Shown in pieces: positions 11,501-21,417 of a stretch of DNA of 64,000 nucleotides. How positions within the stretch are numbered: the first letter of the stretch is position 1; each line of letters opens with the position of its first letter. This DNA comes from Lophium mytilinum. Taxonomy: Eukaryota. Position numbers and translations under genes: made by a program. The notes beneath the pieces were generated by a model. The model saw nothing but the letters and a program-made list of their open reading frames with translations. It was not told where the DNA came from and made no database searches. The stretch covers positions 692,801 to 756,800 of the forward strand of contig MU004184.1 of NCBI GenBank assembly GCA_010093605.1, in the 5' to 3' direction.

Positions 11501-12796
11501 TGCTAAATCTACTTCTTGTGAGTGATATAGCCTTCCTGGGAACTTTGCCGCGTCTTTCGACAAGCGTTTAAGAGTCAGTAAATCACTGTTCAGCCAGCTA
11601 GGGCGAAGGAATTCTCGTCTTTCAAATCGTGACTTAAAAAGCCTCTCTACGTGCGCACCTACATGGAAATTCCCTCCTACGTACTATATATTATATCTGA
11701 ATGCTTTGCGCGCTTGAATTGTATGCTGAAGTTTATTGCAGCACTAAAAGAGGTAATTTAGTCCCTATTATTTAATAAATATAGAACGTAGAAAAAGAAC
11801 CTATATACTCTACTACGCTGTAAATACTCTTTATACTTTCTATTTTCCATCTATAAGCTTTGCCGTGTAATATATATGCTAAAAGTAATTGCAGGTCTAA
11901 TAAAAAAGAGGTCGGGGGCTAAGAGAATTTCCGAGCTTAAGAGTACTAGAATGTAAGAGCTTACTGCGTGCGTAACAACGCGGTAATTGTTCCTTGGGTA
12001 GTTTATCTTCCTTCGGCGTCATTTGCGATCCAGAATGTGCCTGTAGAGGAAATAGGGACGAAGGAACCAGCTGGCTGGGACCGCGGGCCGACCCGCGGAT
12101 ATTCAAAGCCGGCAATTTAGCACCCAATCTACGCGACAATCGTTCTTTGAGCAATTTGCATCCTATTGGTAAAGTTTGGCATCTAGAAGATGCTTGTAGA
12201 GCAATTAACGGTGAAGCGATGACCGGATGGCCGGATGCGGTCGCTGTGCCTGATGAGGATATCGGAAACTGCCTTTTCATTACCAAAGCTACGCGGCAGC
12301 TGCCCTTCAAGTGGTTCCTCTTCGTACGATAAAATTGGCGCTTTTACTTTCGTACAGATGGAGGTTATAGGGTTAAAATGGCGAAGAAGTGTCCAGACTT
12401 GAGAAGCGCGGGCTAGAATGGCGAGCAATCTACGTGCGCAGCCATACGTCAATGATTCTCTACGTGATTTTAAATCATTAGCTAGATTTTGGCACTTAGG
12501 GTCCTAATTGCGCACGTAGAACGAGTCCTCGGGGTAAGAAGTGGCTCCAGGAAGCGCGGACCGAAACCGTTGGCAATCTACGTGCGCTACAAGACGGCAA
12601 TGATTCCTTACGTGCTTAGTTATCTCCACTGAGATTTTGGCACCTACAAACCCAGTAGCGCTCGTAAATAAGTCTTTAGGGCAAGGGGCTGCTCTACCTA
12701 AAGAGCGCAGACTAAGCCCGCTCGCACTTCACATGCGCTACAACGCGGCAATGATTCTTCATATGCTTCGTAACCTCTGGCTGGTTTTTGGCACCT
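8567..12796. repeat. Degenerate tandem array of about 28 units (period about 145-170 bp), each with two inverted half-sites separated by 35 or 44-45 nt
   Basis: 14 clearly related units start at about 8725, 8870, 9016, 9175, 9320, 9479, 9630, 9779, 9936, 10105, 10251, 10397, 10543 and 10706. More divergent units lie at 8567, 10880, 11029, 11179, 11330, 11491, 11661, 11815, 11978, 12131, 12291, about 12441, about 12592 and 12743. Confidence 0.9.
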
Positions 12797-13506
12797 GGAG
12801 TCCTCGGAGCGCACGTAGAGTGAGGCTCAGTATAGAGGGCTCCTGAATCTGAGGAGCACGAGGCATAACTGCTCGTAATGTCACTTTGAAGGCTACCCCT
12901 CGGCTCAAAGTTTTAAAACCTGATCATGAAATCTAACGTGTTTCTCATTTGTGCTCAGCTACCTCCGACACCATGAGTGACAATTAACCTCGTGTAACAG
13001 AAGAACCTTGGATGTTGAAGTCAGTGTTGATATGGGCAGCGCTGTTTGCGCCTTCGGTAAATGCCCGCTCCTATACACCACAAAGTAAAAGGCAAAGTGA
13101 GTACGCTTCCGGCTATAAATCCGCTTAACCAGACATGCCAGACGAATTTCCAGATGCAATGTTGGGGGAAAGGAGAAGGGAGGTGAGCGGGGGAAAGAGA
13201 CACAATCGTTGACAACACTGAGATTTAGCCTTGCTCTGTCTATTGTTAGAGTGCGTTAAATGGAAAGTGAGGAGAAGCGTACCCAGTTGTGAATCTACCA
13301 ACATGTCTCCATAAGCTCCGCATCTCCAAAGAGGTTCCACTTTGCCTGCTGAAGCCTGGTCTGTATGAAGTGTTTCAAGAGGTCCAGGGGTATTCTCGTA
13401 TGCTTGCGAGTGATCAAATGCGATGAGGTGGTAAGTGAAAGTTAAATGTGAGCATTGGCGTTGTTTGGGGTATATACTATATTTAATTTTGTCAGCCTCT
13501 ATCACA

Positions 13507-13613
13507 GCAGTGCAGATGGGTCCTGTCCTCATCCGCTGCACCAATTAAAGCATTGGTAGCATTGTCCTCTATCCCGGGCGCAGTGCAGGTGGGTCCTGTC
13601 CTCACCCGCTGCA
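13507..13613 (+). repeat. Two direct copies of a 34-bp hairpin-forming unit
   Basis: GCAGTGCAG(A/G)TGGGTCCTGTCCTCA(T/C)CCGCTGCA at 13507-13540 and 13580-13613; the copies differ by two transitions. Confidence 0.85.
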
Positions 13614-13802
13614 ATAAGAACCCAAAAGCCACTATCTACCCACGAAAGTCCTCTGCTCAGGCAGCGAGGCGGTCCGGGCTCTAGAGGTGATGTTACCCGT
13701 GTTCGATTCCTACTAGCTTCGCTATTTCTTTTTGCTTTTTTTTGCGTTTCGATACTCTCGGGTCCGTCATTCACTACGCACCGTACGTACACTTTACTTT
13801 TG

Positions 13803-13830
13803 CCTTCATGTAGGGCAACCTACATGAAGG
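13803..13830. other. Perfect 12-bp stem-loop with GCAA tetraloop
   Basis: CCTTCATGTAGG-GCAA-CCTACATGAAGG read directly from the sequence. Confidence 0.9.
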
Positions 13831-14542
13831 GCGAGGTGTTTGTGATACGCCTTGTAGTCTATGTACCATGAGTAGAGGACGTTGCTACGGTAGGTGAATG
13901 AAGATCAGGCACACATGACCAGGCTCACGAGCACCTTCTCAAATGAAGATACATACTGCTACTATCGTTTGAACCATCTTGAAGTTCAAGAAAACCCAAT
14001 AAAACGATGCTTTCTACGTCTTTCAGGGATAATTGCGAGTGAACTTGGTGTAGAGCGGCGAAATGACCGTGATCCTCAATGGGAATGGGGGCGACTGGCG
14101 CGCAGGGGAAAGGCCTAAGATATGTCCCCTCCAATAGAGTGCTGAAATCACCGGCTCCAGATGGCGTTCTTGTTTCAAGGCATAAAATCTTAATGTTGGA
14201 GATATAAGGTAGTTTCTACCGTCACTGATTCAACATAGGCTGAAGAACTCGACTGACGAATCTACCTATCGCCAGGCTGCAAGCCCGACTCTACACATAA
14301 GAGTCTATGTTCCTTGCAAGATTGGCATGCCTTGGAAATACAGGGGGTTGAGGAGTGAAATGGGATAGAATACACACAGGGATGATCGAAGGGGATGCGA
14401 TACAGGTAAGATGACTGGCCATAAACATCCCGTACTGAGCATAACAAGACAACCAGGCACCAGTTACACATCAGACTCTCTCGTCCCAGGGCCTTCTGCC
14501 ACCCTTTGTACCTCGACATCATCCCCCATGCCAGCCCCAAAA

Positions 14543-15663
14543 TCACGAAAGCCATCCAACCTGCGGCGTCATCGCTCCACCATCCGTCGCGGGATCTGGC
14601 TTTCCGAACAAGTTCCACTCCGCCTGCTGAGCTAGCGTCTTCCCGTAAAGGAACTGCATGAAGTCCCATGCGAAACATCCGTTGACTGTCTGTGCAGACA
14701 TACTGTCGATGACATCCTGGTAGCACATCAACTGATCTGCTACGGAACACGCGAGCTGGAACACGCAATCTTTGGGCGGAGAGGGTCCGCACTCGTACCC
14801 GGCGTTGATCACGCTGACGAACCCTTCGACTCCGTAGAGCTTCTTGAGAGACCGAGCCTCGAGCCGTCGCACGACCTTCTGTTGAATATTGGCCATTTCG
14901 AACAATGAGGCTACACCCTAAATCAAGCAGTATAATGCCAAGGTTGCATTTTCTTCGTTTCCCGTCGTGTAGTCTGTCGGCACTTAGCGGTCCCGTGAGC
15001 GATCCCGTGGGTACGCAAAGTATCGAGCTAGCGCGCAGTCTGGTATAAGGAAGCCGGTGGCCATGAATTCAAACACTCTGTCGAACGCAATCGGCAAGTC
15101 GATCTTGGAATCTGAGCTTACGGTCATGACTGGGACGCTGTTGCGTATTTCTCGAGTCTGTGGGAACGCTGGTCAATATACGGTCTCAATTCTAGATCGA
15201 CAGGGAAGGTGTAGACCTACTATGTGTTCGTGGGTCTTTTTGGACTTCTATAGGATGTTAGCGATACTCGGAGAGGGCCTTTGTGCTCTGTGGTGGACCT
15301 ACTCCGAAGGTTTCTAGCTCTCGCTAGATGACGGGCGATTGTAGTCGTACGTCGAACTTGTCGAGACACCAGTGATACTGACCGTAGACAACCATGAGGG
15401 TATGGATATCGCCTTTCAACAGCTTCAAGCCAGCAGTCCTAGCATTTGTTAGCCGTTACGTGCCATGACTCGAGTACTTGTATGCTCATCGCTTACTCTG
15501 TAGGCCGCCATGCATCTGCAACGCCCGGCGGCAGCTTGCCTAAGTGCCACGGGCCAAAGTCGAAGTGGGAGTCTGCGACCCGATCCATTAACTGCCGGTA
15601 CGCTGGCAGCTTGATGCCCGAGTTGGACGCGTTGCCCGTATCGTGAATGTCGTTCACCTCCAT
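14543..15663 (-). pseudogene. BTB/POZ-domain-like gene with premature stops (probable pseudogene)
   Basis: ATG at 15663 and an intron GTAAGC...GCTAAC...TAG. Exon 2 reads LKGDIHTLMVVYGQYHWCLDKFDVRLQSPVI*RELE, with TAG at 15324-15326. Later segments are AFDRVFEFMATGF and FEMANIQQKVVRRLE...FVSVINAGY, resembling fungal BTB proteins, with further in-frame stops. Confidence 0.5.
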
Positions 15664-16704
15664 GGCAGGCAGAGGGAGAGGGGATAGACTCAGTCAGCAG
15701 TGTGAGTCGATTTTGGATGGAGGTGGATGTTTTGGCCTCGGGCCTCAAGGTCGAAGAAATTGACGCGATTGCCAAGCAACGGAGTTTTGATAGTGAAAAG
15801 AGAGTTGGTTTCGCGCCAACACCGAATCACACCTGCACTCATTACACCACTGTTTGGAGGCCGTCGACACGTTCTCACGCACTCTAGACTCAATGCGATC
15901 TACCGGCCAAATTGAACCGCGGTGATACTGGATGGAAATCCCTTACCCCTGAATGATACGAGGATGCGCTATTCCATGTATCAGAAGACCCAGTAGAGTG
16001 GCTGGATGGGATAGCGGGGGATGAGAGTGAGCTTCGACTTGTCAAAAGAAGTCGCAGGCGGCCACATATACCGCTGTGAAATGGGATGCTCGAATTTGGT
16101 AGAGTGGACGAGGCGAGATATGAGGTTGAAAATGGAGTGACATTGGGGGAGGTGTGATATGCAGAGTCCGGATTCCTTGAGGCTTCAGATCAGGACAGCG
16201 ATACTAACGTATTGCAATCAAGATAATCGAGCCCCCTTGGCCATACCGTTTGAGAAGTGATGTGGATGTGCATTCTTGAGGCTTCAAATCGCACTATGGA
16301 CCTGACGTTATATGAAAGACACGAGAGTCCACTAGGAAGGCACAAAACGAATCAGAAATCAAAAACACGAAGCTTGATTTAAAGGGCTACAACATTTTTG
16401 TATGCACTGGTTCTACACAAAAGTCTATATACGGTATTGCAATGCAAGAGGTGGATGTGACGCCAGAGGATACGTTCAACAACAAACTAACAACACCCAG
16501 TATTACCGTCGCCAAACGCCGCGCCAACGCACGTGGAGCGAGACCACTATACACAGAAGTCCGCTATGATTATGGCTAGACTTAAAGAAAAGAAAAGAAT
16601 GAGGGAAGCGTGGCTCCTACAGAATACCATAATTATCAGTGACGCCTCATTACGGCACGGCTCCATCCACCGAGGAGCTTGTCGTGCCGTCGATTTTCAG
16701 CCGC

Positions 16705-19700
16705 TCACAGCGAAAACCGGCTTGTCGTCGCCTTCTCGTCGCTCTTATATTCGCTGTTGTAAATGCTGCTGCTTCCACTCTGCGGGCCGCTCTCTGGGCC
16801 GCTCCATTCCACGCTCTTGCCCTCTTCGATCATGTCCGCACTCTCCCGCTTCGATAGTAGGTCGTCTGGGAAGGGAAACAAGGTCCGCCGTCTAGGCGGG
16901 TTCTTCTCACTAGCACTCAACCACACCTGCTGCGTGATGTCTTTGCCCAACGCCTCGATGATTGGAGTGACAATTGGAAGGGAAAGGAAAAGAACCGCAT
17001 AGCTGGAGATGCCAACGATGGCGACATTGATGCCATAATTGAAGCCACGCGATGCGAGCAAAACCATGAGCCAAGAGCCCCAGCTCCAAAAGACGAGACC
17101 GTGGAGAAGGTAGATGGTGAAGATGTGAGGGAAGACGAGAAGGAAGGCCTTTCGGCTCAACAGCCACTGCACTGCTGGGGATATCTCCACAATAGCCTGC
17201 ATACCAACTGCGAATAGCAGACCGTTGAGACGAGGCACGTAGTAAGCTGGGTATCCCGCGTTGTCAGTGCGCGCGAGGGGCTCGCCCGAGGGCACATCGG
17301 GGTGGATGTTGTTTTCATAGGTGGCGAAGTTGAAGTCGGTCCAGTTGGGAATTACGTTTGAGGAGAATCCCAAAGCGACGGACGTCCAACATAGAAGAAG
17401 AAGCGGGTAGTAAGCATAAGCGCGGGAGTAGAGCCACGGGCGCCACTTGTAGGTGACGTCGAGATCGGCGAGCATGAGACCAAGCCATAGGTAGCTGCCC
17501 CATGATTGCGCATACCAGTGATTTACGACAACAAAGGCATAGTAGCAGAAGCGCTTCCAGGCGGTCTTCATCTCGTATACGACGACAACGCCGAGGAGGA
17601 CGAGCCAGGATCCTTGAAGCTGCACTGCGATCGTCCAAAGAACGCCCGTGCAGTAGTTGAATGTGATTTGAGGAACAGCATTCGGGATGAGATAGATAAG
17701 CTCGAGGACCTCGCTGATGTAGTGGCCAAACGTAGGAAAACGTGCCACGTATGGCCAGGTGGACCAAGAGATAGATGGCGTGTACTCAAGGAATTTGGTT
17801 GCGCCACAATCGATGACGAAGTACTCGAAGAGCACGACCGTTGACACGGGTATCATGAGACGCGGAGTTCGTCGTACAGCATTCTGAGCAATGTCTTTCA
17901 AGTTTCCACTCTTGAGGTACTTGGCGACCAAGAAACGAGTTGAGGTTGTGAAGAACACACCAAGCCACATCTGGTTGAGGATGAAAGGAGAAACAATTTT
18001 CTGGGCCCAGTACTCGCTCTTGTGATGGAGCGGAGCGCCTGGAATGACAATGGCAGGAACATAGGAGAGACCAAAATGCATGACCGTGACCAGTATCGCA
18101 CAGATAGCGACGAGGCCGGCGAGATAATCAATGCGCTGTCTGGGAGGATGGACAGTCATACGCGGTGCTGGCAGAGCAGATTCAGTCACAGTCGACATAG
18201 GAATCTTGCCCTCGGCACGATCTGCTGCCGATTCGTGGACTTCCAAGGTCTTTTCCGATACCATCCCGGGCGACTTTTGGTATTCCGCAATTCGGTTTTG
18301 ATGAGAGTCTGGAAGTGGGATATGTTCCCTGGTAGTGTTGAAATGGCTGGAAGAAGCGGAGTATGGCGTCGTCGCCCTCGGGGTTGTTGCTCGACTATCC
18401 CATTTCACAGAGGCTGTTTGCGATGACTGTCCGCCGTACATGGACGAGGCGCTGTATATCGAGGGTTGGCGACTTGGACCAATCTGCTCAATTGCCATAT
18501 CGTCTTCCTCTCGTTTAACACCGAAGTCGAAGCTGGACTTCTGGGCTGGAGTCGTACCGCCAGATGCCAAGGTGTCGTTCGAGCTAGCCACTTCGGGTAC
18601 GGCCGGTTCCGCTGACGGTTGGCCATGACCGTGACTAGCTGAGGCCAACTCCTTTCGCCAAGGTGCGCGGCGCAGGAAGGCGTGCAGGAGCAAAAGAGAT
18701 GAGAATGCAATGCAGATGACCGATATCCATAGTGCGGGCATCCTTCTGATGCTTTTGTGGCTAGCTTGCTCCCATTTCTTGGTCGCAGCTTCATCGTGCG
18801 GCGTGGACCCACGAATGGTGATATCATCCATGGAGCAAGCGTCTGTGAGGGGACAGCGAGAAACGAATTCGGTGTGCTGTTCCACGCTCATGGTCGAAGA
18901 GTTGAAGAACATGCGCACCCATGCCACACTGGCTACAGATTCCCTTTTGGGAGGTCCTTCCATGGAATATTTGTTGCCAGTCGACCAATGCTTCAGATAG
19001 AACGGAGCTGGAACAGAGGGCATGCCCTTGTTGTCTTTGTGCAAGACAGTCCTGGTGCAGTTGCCCCCAATGTAGAAATTGATGTACTCCTTCGTCCAGT
19101 CGATGCGGTATTCGGTGTAGTCCCAAGCATCAACGCTTCCGTTAGTGGCGGAGTTGGCCAACGTGGTGTAGTTGTGGTTCGCAGACGCATTGTGGCTCAG
19201 ATCGGTGTAGTTCATCCCCAAGTTTCGAGTAGGGAATTCCCCGCTGACGAAGGTGCCAATCCAGGCTTCGTTGGCTGCGTCCGTATTCATGACGCTTAAT
19301 TCGGTGGATTCGGTGTCGTTGTACTGAAGCATCATGGACATGGCGCTGCCGCCGATTCTCTGTGGTGGCGATTTGATCAGGGAGCGGAAAGAGCCATACT
19401 GAATGTCCTTTCGAACAGTGTGCATCCCGCTGCCCACAACAAGGTGGACATCAGATGACGGTTGGAGGTGGAAGTCCAGAGAGCCCTTTTCATTCAATTG
19501 AAGGTTTTTCGGGTCCGCACCCTGGCGGTAGATGGCATTCCAGTCTTTCTCGTAGTTGTTTGAGTATGACTCCTCTTGGAAGTCGGGTAGTGGCAGACCG
19601 CTGGTCTCGTTGAAGTAGACAATGATGGAATCCGTAAATAGCTCCTTCGTGGAGGCATCGTAATACCCGCAGGAACAGTTGTTGCCGTTGCCGCCAGTGA

Positions 19701-19776
19701 CATCTGCTCGTACCGACGCAAAGGAAAGCAACGCCAGAGAGACAAAGGAAACGAAGGGAGTTGATCGGGGAACCAT
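16705..19776 (-). CDS. Membrane protein: signal peptide + GH16-like (ConA/jelly-roll) domain + TM helix + low-complexity linker + acyltransferase-3-like multi-pass domain
   Basis: Intronless 1023-aa ORF. Hydrophobic N-terminus followed by CSCGY. GH16-type segments RKDIQYGSFRSLIK, YTEYRIDWTKEYINFYIG and PSVPAPFYLKHWSTGN. AT3-type segments RIDYLAGL...HF, GVFFTTS, AVRRTPRL and GVLWTIAVQLQGS. Confidence 0.88.
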   Translation of the reverse strand: MVPRSTPFVSFVSLALLSFASVRADVTGGNGNNCSCGYYDASTKELFTDSIIVYFNETSGLPLPDFQEESYSNNYEKDWNAIYRQGADPKNLQLNEKGSLDFHLQPSSDVHLVVGSGMHTVRKDIQYGSFRSLIKSPPQRIGGSAMSMMLQYNDTESTELSVMNTDAANEAWIGTFVSGEFPTRNLGMNYTDLSHNASANHNYTTLANSATNGSVDAWDYTEYRIDWTKEYINFYIGGNCTRTVLHKDNKGMPSVPAPFYLKHWSTGNKYSMEGPPKRESVASVAWVRMFFNSSTMSVEQHTEFVSRCPLTDACSMDDITIRGSTPHDEAATKKWEQASHKSIRRMPALWISVICIAFSSLLLLHAFLRRAPWRKELASASHGHGQPSAEPAVPEVASSNDTLASGGTTPAQKSSFDFGVKREEDDMAIEQIGPSRQPSIYSASSMYGGQSSQTASVKWDSRATTPRATTPYSASSSHFNTTREHIPLPDSHQNRIAEYQKSPGMVSEKTLEVHESAADRAEGKIPMSTVTESALPAPRMTVHPPRQRIDYLAGLVAICAILVTVMHFGLSYVPAIVIPGAPLHHKSEYWAQKIVSPFILNQMWLGVFFTTSTRFLVAKYLKSGNLKDIAQNAVRRTPRLMIPVSTVVLFEYFVIDCGATKFLEYTPSISWSTWPYVARFPTFGHYISEVLELIYLIPNAVPQITFNYCTGVLWTIAVQLQGSWLVLLGVVVVYEMKTAWKRFCYYAFVVVNHWYAQSWGSYLWLGLMLADLDVTYKWRPWLYSRAYAYYPLLLLCWTSVALGFSSNVIPNWTDFNFATYENNIHPDVPSGEPLARTDNAGYPAYYVPRLNGLLFAVGMQAIVEISPAVQWLLSRKAFLLVFPHIFTIYLLHGLVFWSWGSWLMVLLASRGFNYGINVAIVGISSYAVLFLSLPIVTPIIEALGKDITQQVWLSASEKNPPRRRTLFPFPDDLLSKRESADMIEEGKSVEWSGPESGPQSGSSSIYNSEYKSDEKATTSRFSL

Positions 19777-21417
19777 GGTGCCAAAAGAGTGTGGACAGGG
19801 AGTCGCTGGAGGTGGGTAGAGGTGCTGTCAGAGTGCCTCCCACGGTATGCTGTTCCGGGCCCGGGGTGCTTTTGCATGCGTGAACGGCTATGAACGAGCA
19901 CGTTGGCAGACGTCAAAGGCTGAAATGCTCGGGGCTGAAATGCTCCTGGGCAACGGCTGGAGGCGCAAACCGGAGATTCAACGATGGCCGATCCACATGA
20001 GGACAGCACGCTTCCGGACTTTGGGAGGAGCCGAGCAGTGAGAGGAGAGAGCAAAAAAAGGCCCGCACATAAAGCTCAAACGGGACGGTTGATAGGAAGA
20101 AAGGCGGTGATTCAGGTGATGCCTGCAACTTCAGAAGAGACTTCTGCGAGACGGCCCAATTGCACCACAGAAGCAGCGTTCCGCCAACAGCATGTACAAG
20201 TACCGTCTTGCTGCGTCGTCTCCCTTGCTGGCTTGAATGCATGCACCGGAGAGCACACAAGCTTGGCTGGCCGAATTGGGCGCCGCCTGGGATCCCCCCT
20301 GAGCACGGGCGGCGGGCATTTCATGGCTGGCAAGCGGAAACATGACGGTGGAGACAGAGTGGAGAGGATGCAGAGACGGGTTGGGAGAGGCGCAGAGACA
20401 GCGCAGAGACAGGCACGGATCGGCGTGGTGGTGAGCCAGGGGAGCTTCGGCGTGGTGAGGCGTGAGAGGTGTGGTTGGAGTGCTCCCTGGGCGTGGGAGA
20501 TGCCCTGGCGCACATCCCGTTCCTAGCGCCAGGAATTCCTCGCCAAGGCTTCGCTGCATGCTCTCTGCTGCTCTAGGGATAGTGAGGCGTATAGTGATGC
20601 ACAGTGCCGCCGGGCGAGCCATGCGTTGGGGGAAACTAACCACGTTGCCCCGACTCAACACCATCTGCAACAGCAAACCGTACCACGCAACACCACAGGC
20701 CCCCGCATCCGTCCCCCCCGATGCGGCTGCCCAGGCCTGCTGCCACACCCTGCCACACCCTTCGGCCGGTCTTCGATATCTTAGCACCACCGAAAAGCAT
20801 GCTCCCCCGGCACCGTGACGCATCGTCGTCGCTGTCGTCGTCGTCGTCGCGTTCGACCCATGCCGCAATGCAGAGTCTTTCTAGCAGGTAACTACCGGCG
20901 ATGCATCCGCACGCCATGACAGGATTAGATCGACAGCGATTGCGCTCCAGCTTCACCCAGCATCCACCCAGGGCGGCATGCGTCCCCCCGGGTGCCCCTA
21001 ACCGTCTACGTCAGGTACTCAGCGGCTGATGAGGTACACGGAAATTCGTCGTCGGAAGCGCTGATAGCAGCTGCTGCAGCGCTGATCCTCTGCAGCATGC
21101 CCACCCTTGTCTTATTGTTTTATTTCTCAACACTATCAAAAGTCACCTTTCGCACCGATTCGTCCTTCTCTTTCTCGTTATCGTCCGTCTTTACACCACC
21201 CTGTCACTCGTTTTTGTTCATTTTTGGGTTGGTGATAGAGTGCTGTTCGGTCCTTGACATACCACTACACATGCCGACTCTACTACTATAATATCCACTT
21301 TTCAGTTGCTTCGTCCTTCTAGGGTACCACCGGCCATCATTCTTTCTGGCCAGCCCATTCCATCGTTTATACTTGGTTTCAACCTTGACACTCTCGCTGA
21401 GCAGTTCCACGGTCAAC

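Larger units (their letters stand above)
8216..13838 (+). mobile_element. Putative non-autonomous Helentron/Helitron2-like element with central tandem repeats, RIP-mutated
   Basis: GGTACGTAGTGAACGA (8216-8231) matches the reverse complement of 13767-13782 at 14/16. A perfect 12-bp hairpin with a GCAA loop at 13803-13830 is followed 8 nt later by TTT. The interior is an AT-rich repeat array with no transposase ORF. Confidence 0.45.

Noticed and set aside
8567..12796. CRISPR array or integron-like cassette array
   Set aside because: Eukaryotic context with no cas or integrase gene. Units in the left block are homologous along their whole length instead of identical repeats with unique spacers, and no cassette ORFs are present.
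11897..13792. Short ORFs (for example 11994-12332, 11897-12310, 13125-13544) as transposase or Rep remnants
   Set aside because: No recognisable HUH, helicase, DDE or RT motifs; they overlap repeat units and look like chance ORFs in the less AT-rich part.
8216..16000. Starship or LTR retrotransposon
   Set aside because: No tyrosine-recombinase captain, gag/pol remnant or long direct terminal repeats are visible.
19847..21370. Overlapping ORFs (up to 245 aa) between the GH16-AT3 and GT2 genes
   Set aside because: Low-complexity, Arg/Ala/Cys-rich translations on both strands with no motifs; the region is better explained as a GC-rich divergent promoter and UTRs.
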